Shown: positions 40,119-49,621, counted from the first letter of the stretch. The stretch is DNA of 64,000 nt from Vulcanimicrobiota bacterium (GCA_963786105.1 CAWAXX010000024.1:94725-158724), one strand, 5' to 3'. Notes: generated from the letters alone by a model not told the origin. Numbers and translations: made by a program.

Positions 40119-41446
40119 TGCGATTTGGAATCGTCGGCGGCGGTTTACTCGGAATGACCCTCGCGTGGGATCTTTCGAAGGCCGGCCACGACGTAACCAT
40201 CCTGGAAGGGGCTCCGCGTTGCGGCGGACTCGCCGGCCCGTGGCAGGTCGGCGACGTCGTTTGGGATCGGCACTATCACGTGACGCTCCAAAGCGATCTT
40301 GCCCTGCGACAGCTCTTGCACGAGCTCGATCTCGAGCCGGATTTGCAATGGGTGAAGACCGGCACCGGCTTCTTCGTCGATGGAAAGATGCACTCGTTTT
40401 CGGGAGCGGCCGATTACGCGCGGTTTCCGCCGTTGTCGCCGCTGCAAAAGGTGCGACTGGCGGCGACCATCCTCAAAGCCTCGCGAATCAAAGACTGGCG
40501 CCCGTTGGAGCGACTAACGGCCGTCGAGTGGCTCACGCGGCATTGCGGGCGAACGACCGTCGAGCGCATTTGGCTGCCGCTTCTGCGGGCGAAACTGGGA
40601 CCGCATGCGACGCGCGCGTCGGCGGCGTTTATCTGGGCCATCATCGCTCGCATGTATGCCGCACGCGGAAGCGGACCGAAACGCGAACTCTTCGGCTACG
40701 TTCGAAACGGCTACGACCGAACGCTGCGTCGATTCGAAGAGAGGCTTTCGGCTCGGAACGTCGCGATTCGGACGTCGTGCCGGATCGAGCGGATCGAATC
40801 CGCCACGAACGGCGTCGCCGTCGTTTCCGCGGGCGAAACCAGCGTATTCGATCGCGTCGTCGTCACGTTGGCGGCGCCGCTGGCCGCTCGGCTGTGTCCG
40901 GGCCTAACCCCCCGCGAGCGCGCGCTTTGCGAAGGCGTCGAGTACCAAGGGATTATCTGCGCTTCGCTTTTGACCGACACGCCGCTGACCTCGTATTACA
41001 TCACGAACATCGCCGATGCCTCGATTCCGTTCACCGCCGTCATCGAAATGAGTGCACTGGTGGACCGGAGCGAGTTCAAAGGCCAATCGTTAATCTATCT
41101 GCCAAAGTACGTGTCGTCCGACGATCCGGCATTTTGCATGTCCGACGACGAAATCGAAAACGCGTTCCTGTCGGCCCTGGAGCGAATGCACCCGGCGTTT
41201 CGCCGTAGCTCCGTTCGCGCATTTCGAGTCTCTCGAGTGCCGTTCGTTTTCCCGATTCCGACTCTGGGCTATTCGGAACGCCTGCCTCCAATCGAGACGA
41301 CTATCGAAGGATTATTTATGGCGAACAGCGCTCACATCGTCAACGGAACGCTCAACGTTAACGAGACCGTCAAACTCGCTCACAGCTTGATGCCGTCGTT
41401 ACTCGCGCAAGCGCAACCGGTCGACCAGGCCGCTGCGGTCGCATGA
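40118..41446 (+). CDS. FAD-dependent oxidoreductase (protoporphyrinogen oxidase-like fold)
   Basis: IVGGGLLG, GGLA, DRHYH; family commonly found in glycosylation loci. Confidence 0.82.
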   Translation: MRFGIVGGGLLGMTLAWDLSKAGHDVTILEGAPRCGGLAGPWQVGDVVWDRHYHVTLQSDLALRQLLHELDLEPDLQWVKTGTGFFVDGKMHSFSGAADYARFPPLSPLQKVRLAATILKASRIKDWRPLERLTAVEWLTRHCGRTTVERIWLPLLRAKLGPHATRASAAFIWAIIARMYAARGSGPKRELFGYVRNGYDRTLRRFEERLSARNVAIRTSCRIERIESATNGVAVVSAGETSVFDRVVVTLAAPLAARLCPGLTPRERALCEGVEYQGIICASLLTDTPLTSYYITNIADASIPFTAVIEMSALVDRSEFKGQSLIYLPKYVSSDDPAFCMSDDEIENAFLSALERMHPAFRRSSVRAFRVSRVPFVFPIPTLGYSERLPPIETTIEGLFMANSAHIVNGTLNVNETVKLAHSLMPSLLAQAQPVDQAAAVA

Positions 41447-42429
41447 GGGCCTCGCTATCGCTCGACCTCGACAACCAATGGTCGTACATGAAAACCCACG
41501 GGGACGCGGCTTGGAAATCGTTTCCGTCGTATCACAACCTCCTGGTTCCGCGCGTGCTCGACCTTCTCGACAAGCTCGGGTTGCGGATAACGTTTTTCCT
41601 GGTGGGTCAAGACGCCGCATTGCCGGAGCATGCCGAGATTTTCGCCGAGATCGCTCGCCGCGGGCATGAAATCGGCAACCACTCACACCATCACGAGCCG
41701 TGGATGCACCAACGCAGCGAAAGCGCGATAGAGAGCGAGCTTGCGTGTGCTGAGGAATGCATCGAGAAGGTGACCGGGCAGCGGCCGCGAGGTTTTCGCG
41801 GACCCGGCTTTACGCGGTCCGAATCGATTCTGCAGACGCTCGTGCGACGCGGATATCTGTACGACGCGTCGTCGCTCCCGACGTTCATCGGCCCGCTGGC
41901 GCGAGCGTACTACTTCCGCAGTGCGAAGCTCAGCGAAGCCGATCGGCGAGAACGAGAGGACCTTTTCGGTGGATTCGCAGACGGATTTCGGCCGAATCGG
42001 CAACACACGATCCGTCTGCAAAACGGTTCGATTACGGAGATTCCCGTCACGACGTTTCCGTTCTTCCGCGTCCCGATTCACATTAGCTACGTCCTGTACG
42101 CTTCGACGATATCGCCCGCGGCGGCTCTGGCGTATTTTCGAACGGCGCTCCAATGGTGCAAGCTGACCGGCACGGAACCGTCGATTCTGCTGCATCCGCT
42201 CGATTTTCTGTCTGGCGACGAGTGCCGGGAGCTGGCGTTCTTCCCGGCCATGGCCATGAATCCCGAAACGAAGCGCCGCGTGGTCATCGAATCGATCGAG
42301 GCACTGGCGAGAGGTTTCGACGTGCGGCCGATGATCGACATGGTCGGATCCGCAGGGGATTCTCAGGGAACCAATGGTACGCTTGCAACCGTTTCCTACG
42401 ATAGAGGCATTACGACGAACGTCGGGTAA
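41443..42429 (+). CDS. polysaccharide deacetylase family protein
   Basis: SLDLD, TFFLVG, GHEIGNHSHHH, GFRGPG, YDAS, LLHP. Confidence 0.88.
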   Translation: MRASLSLDLDNQWSYMKTHGDAAWKSFPSYHNLLVPRVLDLLDKLGLRITFFLVGQDAALPEHAEIFAEIARRGHEIGNHSHHHEPWMHQRSESAIESELACAEECIEKVTGQRPRGFRGPGFTRSESILQTLVRRGYLYDASSLPTFIGPLARAYYFRSAKLSEADRREREDLFGGFADGFRPNRQHTIRLQNGSITEIPVTTFPFFRVPIHISYVLYASTISPAAALAYFRTALQWCKLTGTEPSILLHPLDFLSGDECRELAFFPAMAMNPETKRRVVIESIEALARGFDVRPMIDMVGSAGDSQGTNGTLATVSYDRGITTNVG

Positions 42430-42541
42430 GGGAATGGCCCGGCCGGCCGCTTCGGGTTGCCTTACAAGCAGCCGTGCGTTAAGAATGCCGGTTGGTGGTC
42501 GGAAGCCCGCGATGTATTTCGCGACTCGGGGGACGTGTCGG

Positions 42542-43651
42542 ATGGCTGCAAGGACGGTCGGAGTTTCTCCGGTCGCGGTAACAGGTTTCGAAGGGCTCGA
42601 TCGATCGCGTAAAAAGCGTATCGAGGCGCTCCTTCGGCGTGTCGTCGGACTGGTAAACGGCAAGGGCTGGGCCCTCGGTCTGTTCGACGTCGAGGGTGAC
42701 CTACTCGATTACGACGTTTCGCGATCGGAAATAGGCGGTCGTCTCGCCCTTTCGCTCCTGTGCAAGGTGCCCTTTCCGGTCACTCAAGGCCCGGTCGTGC
42801 TGCAGGCTACGGTACCGCCGGCCGCAGACGCGCCGTCGGTGATCGGCGTTGCGACGCCCGCCGGCACCGGCAAATCCCTCGCGTTGATCGTGCAGCTCTC
42901 ATCACCTCCCGAGCCCGCTCCGGGAGAACTCGCCGACGAACTTCAGCGGCTGACGCACCAAATCGCACTCGAAATCACGGTCGCGCCGACTCGCGACGGC
43001 GATCGGCGGTCCCCACCGCGAAGCGGCTTTCACGGGTTCTACCTGCTGGATCCGCGATTCAATGTGGAGCGCGCGTGGCACACCAGCGAACCGCTTTCGT
43101 GCGATTTTGCCGATCTGATCGAACCACGCGACCATCGTCTGCCGCCCATCCTCGAGCGTGCCGTGCGCCGGCTGACGGCATCCTGGAACTTCCTGAGCGT
43201 TGGGGCATGCGCGACCGGCGTGGCCTATCCGCTGCCCGACCTCATGCTCAAAGTCGTCCCTATGTCGGCGATCGGGCCCGAAGTCCACATCGGCGTGTTC
43301 GCCGAACAATGCGACCCCGCGCACGCCATCGAGCGCGCCGCAGCGACCTTCCGGATCTCATCTCGCGAACGCGAAGTGCTGCACGCGTTGCTCGACGGGA
43401 ACTCCATCGCCGAGATCGCCGCGGCCCTCAACTTGGCCGAATCCACCGTGAACGACCACATCGCCCGCATGATATCAAAAACCAACGCTCGCAATCGAAT
43501 TGAAATGGCTGCGATGCTGCTGGGTTGGCCAGATATTGCCGAACGCAGCGCCGCCGCACCGCGGAACGGACGCCTCGTCAAGTCGCGCGTGCGCTGTGCG
43601 TGGCGCTACAAAATCGCGACGACGCCTATGGGACCCGAACCGGTTAGCTAG
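42542..43651 (+). CDS. LuxR-type HTH transcriptional regulator with an unrecognised N-terminal region
   Basis: ISSREREVL..LLDGNSIAEIA..LNLAESTVNDH; GGGGGA SD before ATG 42542 (start uncertain). Confidence 0.8.
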   Translation: MAARTVGVSPVAVTGFEGLDRSRKKRIEALLRRVVGLVNGKGWALGLFDVEGDLLDYDVSRSEIGGRLALSLLCKVPFPVTQGPVVLQATVPPAADAPSVIGVATPAGTGKSLALIVQLSSPPEPAPGELADELQRLTHQIALEITVAPTRDGDRRSPPRSGFHGFYLLDPRFNVERAWHTSEPLSCDFADLIEPRDHRLPPILERAVRRLTASWNFLSVGACATGVAYPLPDLMLKVVPMSAIGPEVHIGVFAEQCDPAHAIERAAATFRISSREREVLHALLDGNSIAEIAAALNLAESTVNDHIARMISKTNARNRIEMAAMLLGWPDIAERSAAAPRNGRLVKSRVRCAWRYKIATTPMGPEPVS

Positions 43652-43914
43652 TATCGCGGTAGGACGCAAGCACCATCCGACGGCGTATGACAAGTTCTTA
43701 CTACGCGCGCAGGCCGTTCGTACTGCAAATGCTGTGTAAGACTCGTAGAGACCTAGGACCACGGGACCAAAAGACTCACGGGAAACCCGGGTTGTCGAGC
43801 CGCCCGCAATAATGTCAGACTTAGGTCGTGAAGCCCGCGTAAGAAGACTACGCGGCGTTCTTCATTAGCACCGTGCCGCCGGGTGGCTTTCTTGAGATGG
43901 AGTTTCTTAACAGG

Positions 43915-44541
43915 ATGTCTGTAGTAGCAACCTTCCCCCTTCGCGTGCTCGTGATCGAAAAGCAAATGCTCTTCGCAAAGGCCGTCGCCCAGGTGCTGTC
44001 GGCCGATCCCGACATCAAAGTCGTGGGTATCGCCAGCGGTCGCGATTCAGTCGTTCCAAAGGATGTGGACATCGTCGTTATCGATATCGACACGGAAGAA
44101 ATCGACGACGTGGTCGAGCACTTTAAGGCTAAGGCCCCAGGCGCCCGCATTTGCGCGCTCTCGGCGCACACTCAGGGCGAACTCATGCAGCATTGTTTGA
44201 GCGCGGGTGCGGACGCCTACATCGTTAAGGACTCATCCCTGCAGGAGCTCGTTACCGCCATCAAGACGATCGGCGAAGGCGCCAGCTACGTCGATCCGCG
44301 AGTCGCGGCATCGCTTCTGCGGCGCCGTGGTCCGTCGAACCGCTCGACGAACGAGCTGTCTCCGCGCGAGCGCGAAATCATCCGTCTGATTGCCCAAGGC
44401 CTGTCGAATCGCGACATCGGCCGCCGGCTCGTCCTATCGGAGAAGACCATCAAAAATCACGTAAGCCATATATTTTCGAAGATTCACTGCACCGCGCGTT
44501 CGCAGGCGGCCGTTCACGCGATCAGGATCGGCCTTGCATAA
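43915..44541 (+). CDS. NarL/LuxR family response regulator
   Basis: Receiver (DIVVIDID, LSAH, GADAYIVK) plus LSPREREII..IAQGLSNRDI...SEKTIKNH; start may be 43897. Confidence 0.92.
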   Translation: MSVVATFPLRVLVIEKQMLFAKAVAQVLSADPDIKVVGIASGRDSVVPKDVDIVVIDIDTEEIDDVVEHFKAKAPGARICALSAHTQGELMQHCLSAGADAYIVKDSSLQELVTAIKTIGEGASYVDPRVAASLLRRRGPSNRSTNELSPREREIIRLIAQGLSNRDIGRRLVLSEKTIKNHVSHIFSKIHCTARSQAAVHAIRIGLA

Positions 44542-45968
44542 TCTTGCGCCGGCAAGGAAGCGCTCGCGTCGGGCGGACGAAGGGCCGTCGCCACCGCCGA
44601 CGCGAGCAGCCCTAAGAGGCCTAGCCACGCTGCCAGTTGGGGCGCAAAGACCGGCCTGGTTAAGGCAACGGTCGCGCGAAGATATCTCGCCCACGCAACC
44701 GGCGAGAACTCGTCCGGCGCTGCGTTAAAAGCATGCGTAACGATTTGGCCGGCTGACGGTCCCGGTTGAACGTGCGCGAGGAGCACGACGCACAACGTCG
44801 TCGCAACCGCACCGATCGACGCCACCGCCAGGCGCCGTCCTAAGCTCCCGCCGAGTACCGCAAAGAGCCCTCCGAAAACACCCGCAACGTCGAGCGCGAC
44901 GGTAGCCCGCGAGATCTTTTGAGTCCAGACGGCGATCAGAAGCGCCAAAGCGGCCGCTCCGATCACGCGAAACGCCCTTGCCGGCACTCGCGACGCGAGC
45001 ACGAGCGCGGCCGGGAGAGCGATCAGAATCTGAATGTCGTGCAGGTAGATGCCGAAGAACAGCACGGCGGCGGGCGGCAGCAACGGCACGAGGATATCTT
45101 GGCGGCTCCGCGCCGAAAGCACGCCGGCTAGGACGACTCCGAAGACCGCTGCGCACGCAAACCAAATCTTTCCCAGCAACAGTGCGAGCGGCGGCGATAC
45201 GCCGAGGACGAACAGCAGCCGGCTCAGACTGTATTGATCCGACGCAACGATTTCGGCGTTGGCCATCAACGGAAGCACCTGCGTGAAGTACTCTTTGTTT
45301 TCCGCCACGCCAAGTGCGGCGAGACTCGATAGGGCCAGTACCGCCACGGAAACGATTACCGCGGCTCGCGACCGGTGCACGAACAAGAACATCGCGACGA
45401 CCGCCGGGACGCCCACGTTAGGTTGCAAAAGGGCCAACGATGCGGCGCATCCGGCGGCGATCCATCGGTGCTTGGTTAAAAAGTATGCGGCGGCGCAAAT
45501 CGCGAGCATCGCGAGCGGCGCGGTCTCGCCGTAAGCGACGTTGAGCAAGGTGAGCGGCGCAAAAGCGAGGAGGATGGCCGTATCGGAAGCGTGCATGGCC
45601 GCCGCCAAACAGCGCGCGCTTGCGACGGCCGCCAGCGCGAGGATTATGCAAAAAAGTTCCGCGGCTAACTTGGGCGGCAGCTTTGAGAGGACTGCGAACG
45701 GGAGAAGGACGTAACCCGGAAGGGGCGCCGGTTCCACGTAGCCGGCGGGCATGGGCGCGCGCTCGAGGCCGCGCTCGCAGGATCGCAACGGTTCGACTCG
45801 ATACGGATCGTGGCGTTCCCGGACCGCGACGCCCGCGCAGTAGAACGCCTTAAAACTCTGGTGCTCGACGTCTCCTCGCGCGCCTAGCGCGAACGCCGCG
45901 AGCGTCACCAGCAGTGAGACTGCGGCGAAGGCGACGTTTCCGGTCGATCTTCCCACGACGTCGATCAT
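44514..45968 (-). CDS. GT87 / DUF2029-like membrane (GT-C) glycosyltransferase
   Basis: FKAFYCAG..V....DPY, PAPLPGY, YGE, QPNVG, YLHD; polytopic. Confidence 0.7.
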   Translation of the reverse strand: MIDVVGRSTGNVAFAAVSLLVTLAAFALGARGDVEHQSFKAFYCAGVAVRERHDPYRVEPLRSCERGLERAPMPAGYVEPAPLPGYVLLPFAVLSKLPPKLAAELFCIILALAAVASARCLAAAMHASDTAILLAFAPLTLLNVAYGETAPLAMLAICAAAYFLTKHRWIAAGCAASLALLQPNVGVPAVVAMFLFVHRSRAAVIVSVAVLALSSLAALGVAENKEYFTQVLPLMANAEIVASDQYSLSRLLFVLGVSPPLALLLGKIWFACAAVFGVVLAGVLSARSRQDILVPLLPPAAVLFFGIYLHDIQILIALPAALVLASRVPARAFRVIGAAALALLIAVWTQKISRATVALDVAGVFGGLFAVLGGSLGRRLAVASIGAVATTLCVVLLAHVQPGPSAGQIVTHAFNAAPDEFSPVAWARYLRATVALTRPVFAPQLAAWLGLLGLLASAVATALRPPDASASLPAQDYARPILIA

Positions 45969-46077
45969 AGCGTCCGGCCGGCATTGCCGGCGAGGGGCCG
46001 TGGGGCCAGCTTCTAGTCGAACGGCTCACACCTCCGACCGGGACCTTCGATTCACGCGATCATGGTTCGGTCTTATG

Positions 46078-46106
46078 TTGGCCGCGAGAGGTTCCGAGAG
46101 TATAAT
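46078..46106 (+). promoter_or_regulatory. sigma70-type promoter (probably leaderless transcript)
   Basis: TTGGCC-17 nt-TATAAT, 7 nt upstream of GTG 46114; no SD. Confidence 0.55.
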
Positions 46107-46113
46107 CGGCCCG

Positions 46114-47643
46114 GTGACTTCCGCAAGGCAAATTTCCGAAGTAAAAGCCAGCCGACTGTGGGTTGCGTTGATGGCGCTTGGGGTGAACCTCGTCATCACG
46201 CTTCCCCTTGCGGCTGTACTGAACATTTGGCAAGACGAAGCCTATACGCTGCAAACGACCAGCCGCGACCTCGGATACGCGTTTGCGCAAGCCATAGGTT
46301 TCGAGCAAAACGCGCCCCTCTATTTCGTCGCCATGACGGTGTGGCGGCACGCCGGCGACGGCATCTTTTTCTTGCGTCTTTTTTCGGTGCTTTGCATCGC
46401 GGCGACGGTCTTGCTCATTCCTGGACTCGCACGCCGATACGTCCCTCACGTCGACGGCGTGCTCGTTGCAGCGGTCGTGGCCTGCAATCCTTTCGTCGTC
46501 TGGGCGGCCGTCGAACTGCGCGTCTACGCGCTGATCGTTTTGCTTTCGGCGCTGCTTCTGCAGACATTTTTCGATGCGTTCATGGAGGAAAATCCCGGCA
46601 GATGGGCTGCGATAGCGTACGCGGTCTGCGTCGGGGTTGCGCTCTATACGCAGTATTACCTGGCTTTCCTGGTCGCAGCCCAGGGCGCGACGCTTTTGTT
46701 TTACAACCGGCGCGCGGTGCTCGCGTTCGCACTTGCCGGAGCGGCGGGCGCGCTCGCGTTCGTGCCGATGCTCGCCATCGTCCCCGCTCAGGTGCAGAAC
46801 TTTAAAAGCATCTTCGCGCCGCCGTCGATCGTTCAGACGTGTATCAATCTCGCGGGCATTGGATTGCGGTACGTTCTGCCGCTACCGATTTTGCACGCAA
46901 AAAACGCCTACGTGGTGTTCGTGATCGTTGCGGTGCTCGCGCTGACCGTTGCGCGACCGTCTTTGAGAGCGATCGGAAGGAGTCCGATCGTTGCCACGAC
47001 GGGGTTCGCCTTGGCGTTCTTCGCCGTCGGCACGTACCTGTCGGGGGTACACGTCTTGGATCGCCACGCCGCCGCGCTATACGTGCCCGCCACGCTGACG
47101 ATCTTCGCCGTGCTTGCGACGGTGCGGCCGCCGAACGGACGCCGCGCCGTACTCGCCTGGTCGGCAGGGGTGATGGCCTTGTCGCTGTTCACGCTCGTGG
47201 GCAACTACCGGCACCTTGCCAAGCCCGGCGACTGGGTGCGCGTTGCCGCGTACCTTCGAACTCACGAGCGGCCCGGCGAGCCGATCGCGGTTTTCGAAGC
47301 CGAGAACGCACTGCCGCTTGCGTATTATTACGGCGGACCCAATCGGATCGTTCCCATCCCCCACCGGGTCGATTTCCAGCGATACGACATTAGTCGGTTC
47401 GTCGTGGAGAACGAGGCGGAACTTCAATCCACGGTACCGGCGGGCCGGCGGCTTTGGCTCGTAACGTCCGGCGAGTGCGCCTCGGCAAACGTCCGGTTCG
47501 GCTGCAACCGGCTCGAAGATTTCGTTGCCCGGCGTTACCGAGTCGGCTCCGACGCCCAATTTTTGGGCACCCGAATTCGCCTGATCGACCCGATCGGAGG
47601 GCCGTCCCGGGGCCCGACCGACCATAGCCCCCTAAAAAATTAG
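46114..47643 (+). CDS. GT39/PMT/ArnT-like membrane (GT-C) glycosyltransferase
   Basis: LNIWQDEAYT, APLYF, LRLFSV, ELRVYAL, LYTQYY. Confidence 0.8.
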   Translation: MTSARQISEVKASRLWVALMALGVNLVITLPLAAVLNIWQDEAYTLQTTSRDLGYAFAQAIGFEQNAPLYFVAMTVWRHAGDGIFFLRLFSVLCIAATVLLIPGLARRYVPHVDGVLVAAVVACNPFVVWAAVELRVYALIVLLSALLLQTFFDAFMEENPGRWAAIAYAVCVGVALYTQYYLAFLVAAQGATLLFYNRRAVLAFALAGAAGALAFVPMLAIVPAQVQNFKSIFAPPSIVQTCINLAGIGLRYVLPLPILHAKNAYVVFVIVAVLALTVARPSLRAIGRSPIVATTGFALAFFAVGTYLSGVHVLDRHAAALYVPATLTIFAVLATVRPPNGRRAVLAWSAGVMALSLFTLVGNYRHLAKPGDWVRVAAYLRTHERPGEPIAVFEAENALPLAYYYGGPNRIVPIPHRVDFQRYDISRFVVENEAELQSTVPAGRRLWLVTSGECASANVRFGCNRLEDFVARRYRVGSDAQFLGTRIRLIDPIGGPSRGPTDHSPLKN

Positions 47644-47741
47644 GCTCTTAGCGCTAGAAATTTCGCCCGATAAGGAGTAACCTAGACTCGCCTGGTCAAT
47701 AATAGCTACGGCGTATTTGGATGCGGGAAAGGTGAGTTTCG

Positions 47742-47885
47742 GTGGCGTTTCTATTCGCGATTATCTTATTGTTTGCTAACATGCACCCGGCGGATACGCC
47801 AGGGGGGCCCCTCGATACGCCCGGCGGACCAATCGCAAACGCGTCGGTCCCGATTGGATCGGGAACGCCGCACGGGCAGCAGTAG
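47742..47885 (+). CDS. 47-aa putative secreted propeptide with two DTPGGP repeats (absent from the ORF track)
   Basis: MAFLFAIILLFANMHPADTPGGPLDTPGGPIANASVPIGSGTPHGQQ*; SD AAGGTGAG just upstream of GTG; repeats differ only at synonymous sites; terminator directly after the stop. Confidence 0.75.
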   Translation: MAFLFAIILLFANMHPADTPGGPLDTPGGPIANASVPIGSGTPHGQQ

Positions 47886-47915
47886 GCGCGGCGGTAAAGG
47901 CCGCGCTTTCCTTTT
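47886..47915 (+). terminator. intrinsic terminator after the small peptide gene
   Basis: Stem GCGCGGC/GCCGCGC, loop GGTAAAG, then TTTCCTTTT. Confidence 0.75.
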
Positions 47916-47993
47916 GAGAGGTCCCGCTCCGTCTTTACGTTACTCTGAAAGGACCCTCGGGTCTCGGGTGTAATCTACCGTACTTAGCTTCGG

Positions 47994-49514
47994 GTGCGAT
48001 CCGCGGTGCAGTATGCACGGTGGTTAGGAGCAGTTTTCTACTTGGGACCGCGCGAGTTATTTAGTACGGGTGAACTTTCCGCATGCGTTAACGCCACCGC
48101 CCGGGCTACGTCTATACCGGAGCGAGTCTTACACGTTCGCGCGCTTATGCGCCTGGGCCGGCATCGCGAGGCACTAGAAGCAATCGCCGATACTCGCGCG
48201 ACGACGTCCGAAGAAGAAGCACTTTTTCGAGCCTTAGAGTCGTCGTGTCACGCTTTTCTCGGATCGGTCAATCTCGCGTGCGGGGCCTTGCTCGGCATCG
48301 GGAATCGCGCGTATAGTTTGGACACGCGTTACGAGATCGCCCACGCACACACGCTTGCGGCCTGGGTAAAAGGCTCGCCGGACGCGATGGAGGCCGCGCT
48401 GCGCGAAGTCGACGTCAGCTCGGCTCCGCACCTTTACGGTCACTGGCTGTTCTCGCTTTCCTGGGTCGCATCGTTGCGGGGTGATTATCTCGAACAACTG
48501 CAGCTGCTGGAGCAGGCGGCCGGACACGTCGCCGGCGTCCCAGCCGCGCAGGACGTGAGCCTGCTGGCCAATGCGACGCGATCCATGATTCACTTGGTAC
48601 GCGAGATTTCCGCGAACACCACCCTCGCGTTTGCGATAAAGATGGCCGAGTCGATCCCGTGGACGCACGATCTCGAGGTGGAGCGGTTTCTTACGTTCCG
48701 CGGCCTCGCGTGGGCACACGCACTGCGGGGAGAACACGCAAAGGCCTTTCACTACGCGTATTTTGCGCGCGACATCGCCCCCTCCGTCATGTGGATCACG
48801 GCCTCCTACGCTGACCAAGCGTATCTCGCAAGAATGGCCGGCGAGAACTCGAGCGCCGATGCGCTGCTGCGCCATGCCGTGGCGTGCGCGCGCGAAACCG
48901 ATTGGTCGACGATGGGTGAAGAGCGCGTGGCACTGCTCAACCTGATCGAACTCCTTTCCGACCGGGACATCGAGGCTGGAAACGCGCTGCTCGCAATCTA
49001 CGACGGGATCCCGCTGCCGCTCTCGCCACGCTTCGCGCTCTCGCGCGATCATCGGCTCCAGGCGATGGAAGAGTACGCGCGCGGTAGCCTGCTCGCCGTC
49101 TCCGGCGATCGAAATGCGGCGGTCGATTTCTTGGCCAGCGCCTATTCGACGTTTCAATCGATTCACTATGCGTGGCGTGCGGCGGCTGCGGCATTGCGCC
49201 TCCACACGATTACCGACGATTCTTCTTGGATGCTGCGCGCCAGCGAATCGGTCGCAGCGTTTCCGGAGAGCTCGGTCGCGGATCAGATTCGCAAGAAAGC
49301 CGCGGTCGCCGAAGACGAGCGCATCGCCTCGCTCACTCCGGCGCAGCGGCGGGTATTCGGGCTGATTTGCCAGGGCCTAACCGACAAGCAGGTGGCTCAA
49401 ACCCTGGGCATCTCGCCCGAGACGGCCAAAAATCACGCCGCCCGCGTCCGGGCCGCATTTGGAGTGCACTCCCGAGCCGCGCTCATTGCGGCAGTTCACC
49501 GCGAGGCGGTGTAA
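47994..49514 (+). CDS. TPR-like all-helical protein with C-terminal LuxR HTH (transcriptional regulator)
   Basis: C-terminal LTPAQRRVFGLICQGLTDKQVAQTLGISPETAKNH; ~440 aa of Ala/Leu-rich helical repeats; no receiver or Walker motif; start may be TTG 48042. Confidence 0.82.
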   Translation: MRSAVQYARWLGAVFYLGPRELFSTGELSACVNATARATSIPERVLHVRALMRLGRHREALEAIADTRATTSEEEALFRALESSCHAFLGSVNLACGALLGIGNRAYSLDTRYEIAHAHTLAAWVKGSPDAMEAALREVDVSSAPHLYGHWLFSLSWVASLRGDYLEQLQLLEQAAGHVAGVPAAQDVSLLANATRSMIHLVREISANTTLAFAIKMAESIPWTHDLEVERFLTFRGLAWAHALRGEHAKAFHYAYFARDIAPSVMWITASYADQAYLARMAGENSSADALLRHAVACARETDWSTMGEERVALLNLIELLSDRDIEAGNALLAIYDGIPLPLSPRFALSRDHRLQAMEEYARGSLLAVSGDRNAAVDFLASAYSTFQSIHYAWRAAAAALRLHTITDDSSWMLRASESVAAFPESSVADQIRKKAAVAEDERIASLTPAQRRVFGLICQGLTDKQVAQTLGISPETAKNHAARVRAAFGVHSRAALIAAVHREAV

Positions 49515-49621
49515 GCAGGCTTCGCCTGCCCTTTCGCCCCCTAGCCTTAAGGACTCCCGGACCAGAGCCGCTGCGCCTGCCGGGACTTCTGGTTGCGGGG
49601 ATTCCGCGCTACCATCGAACC

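Noticed and set aside
47587..47604. DPIGGP near the GT39 C-terminus resembling the DTPGGP peptide
   Set aside because: Single short low-complexity match, probably chance
47773..47973. 66-aa ORF from the track (MLTCTRR...)
   Set aside because: No SD, runs through the terminator and has Arg-rich shadow composition; the 47742 frame is much better supported
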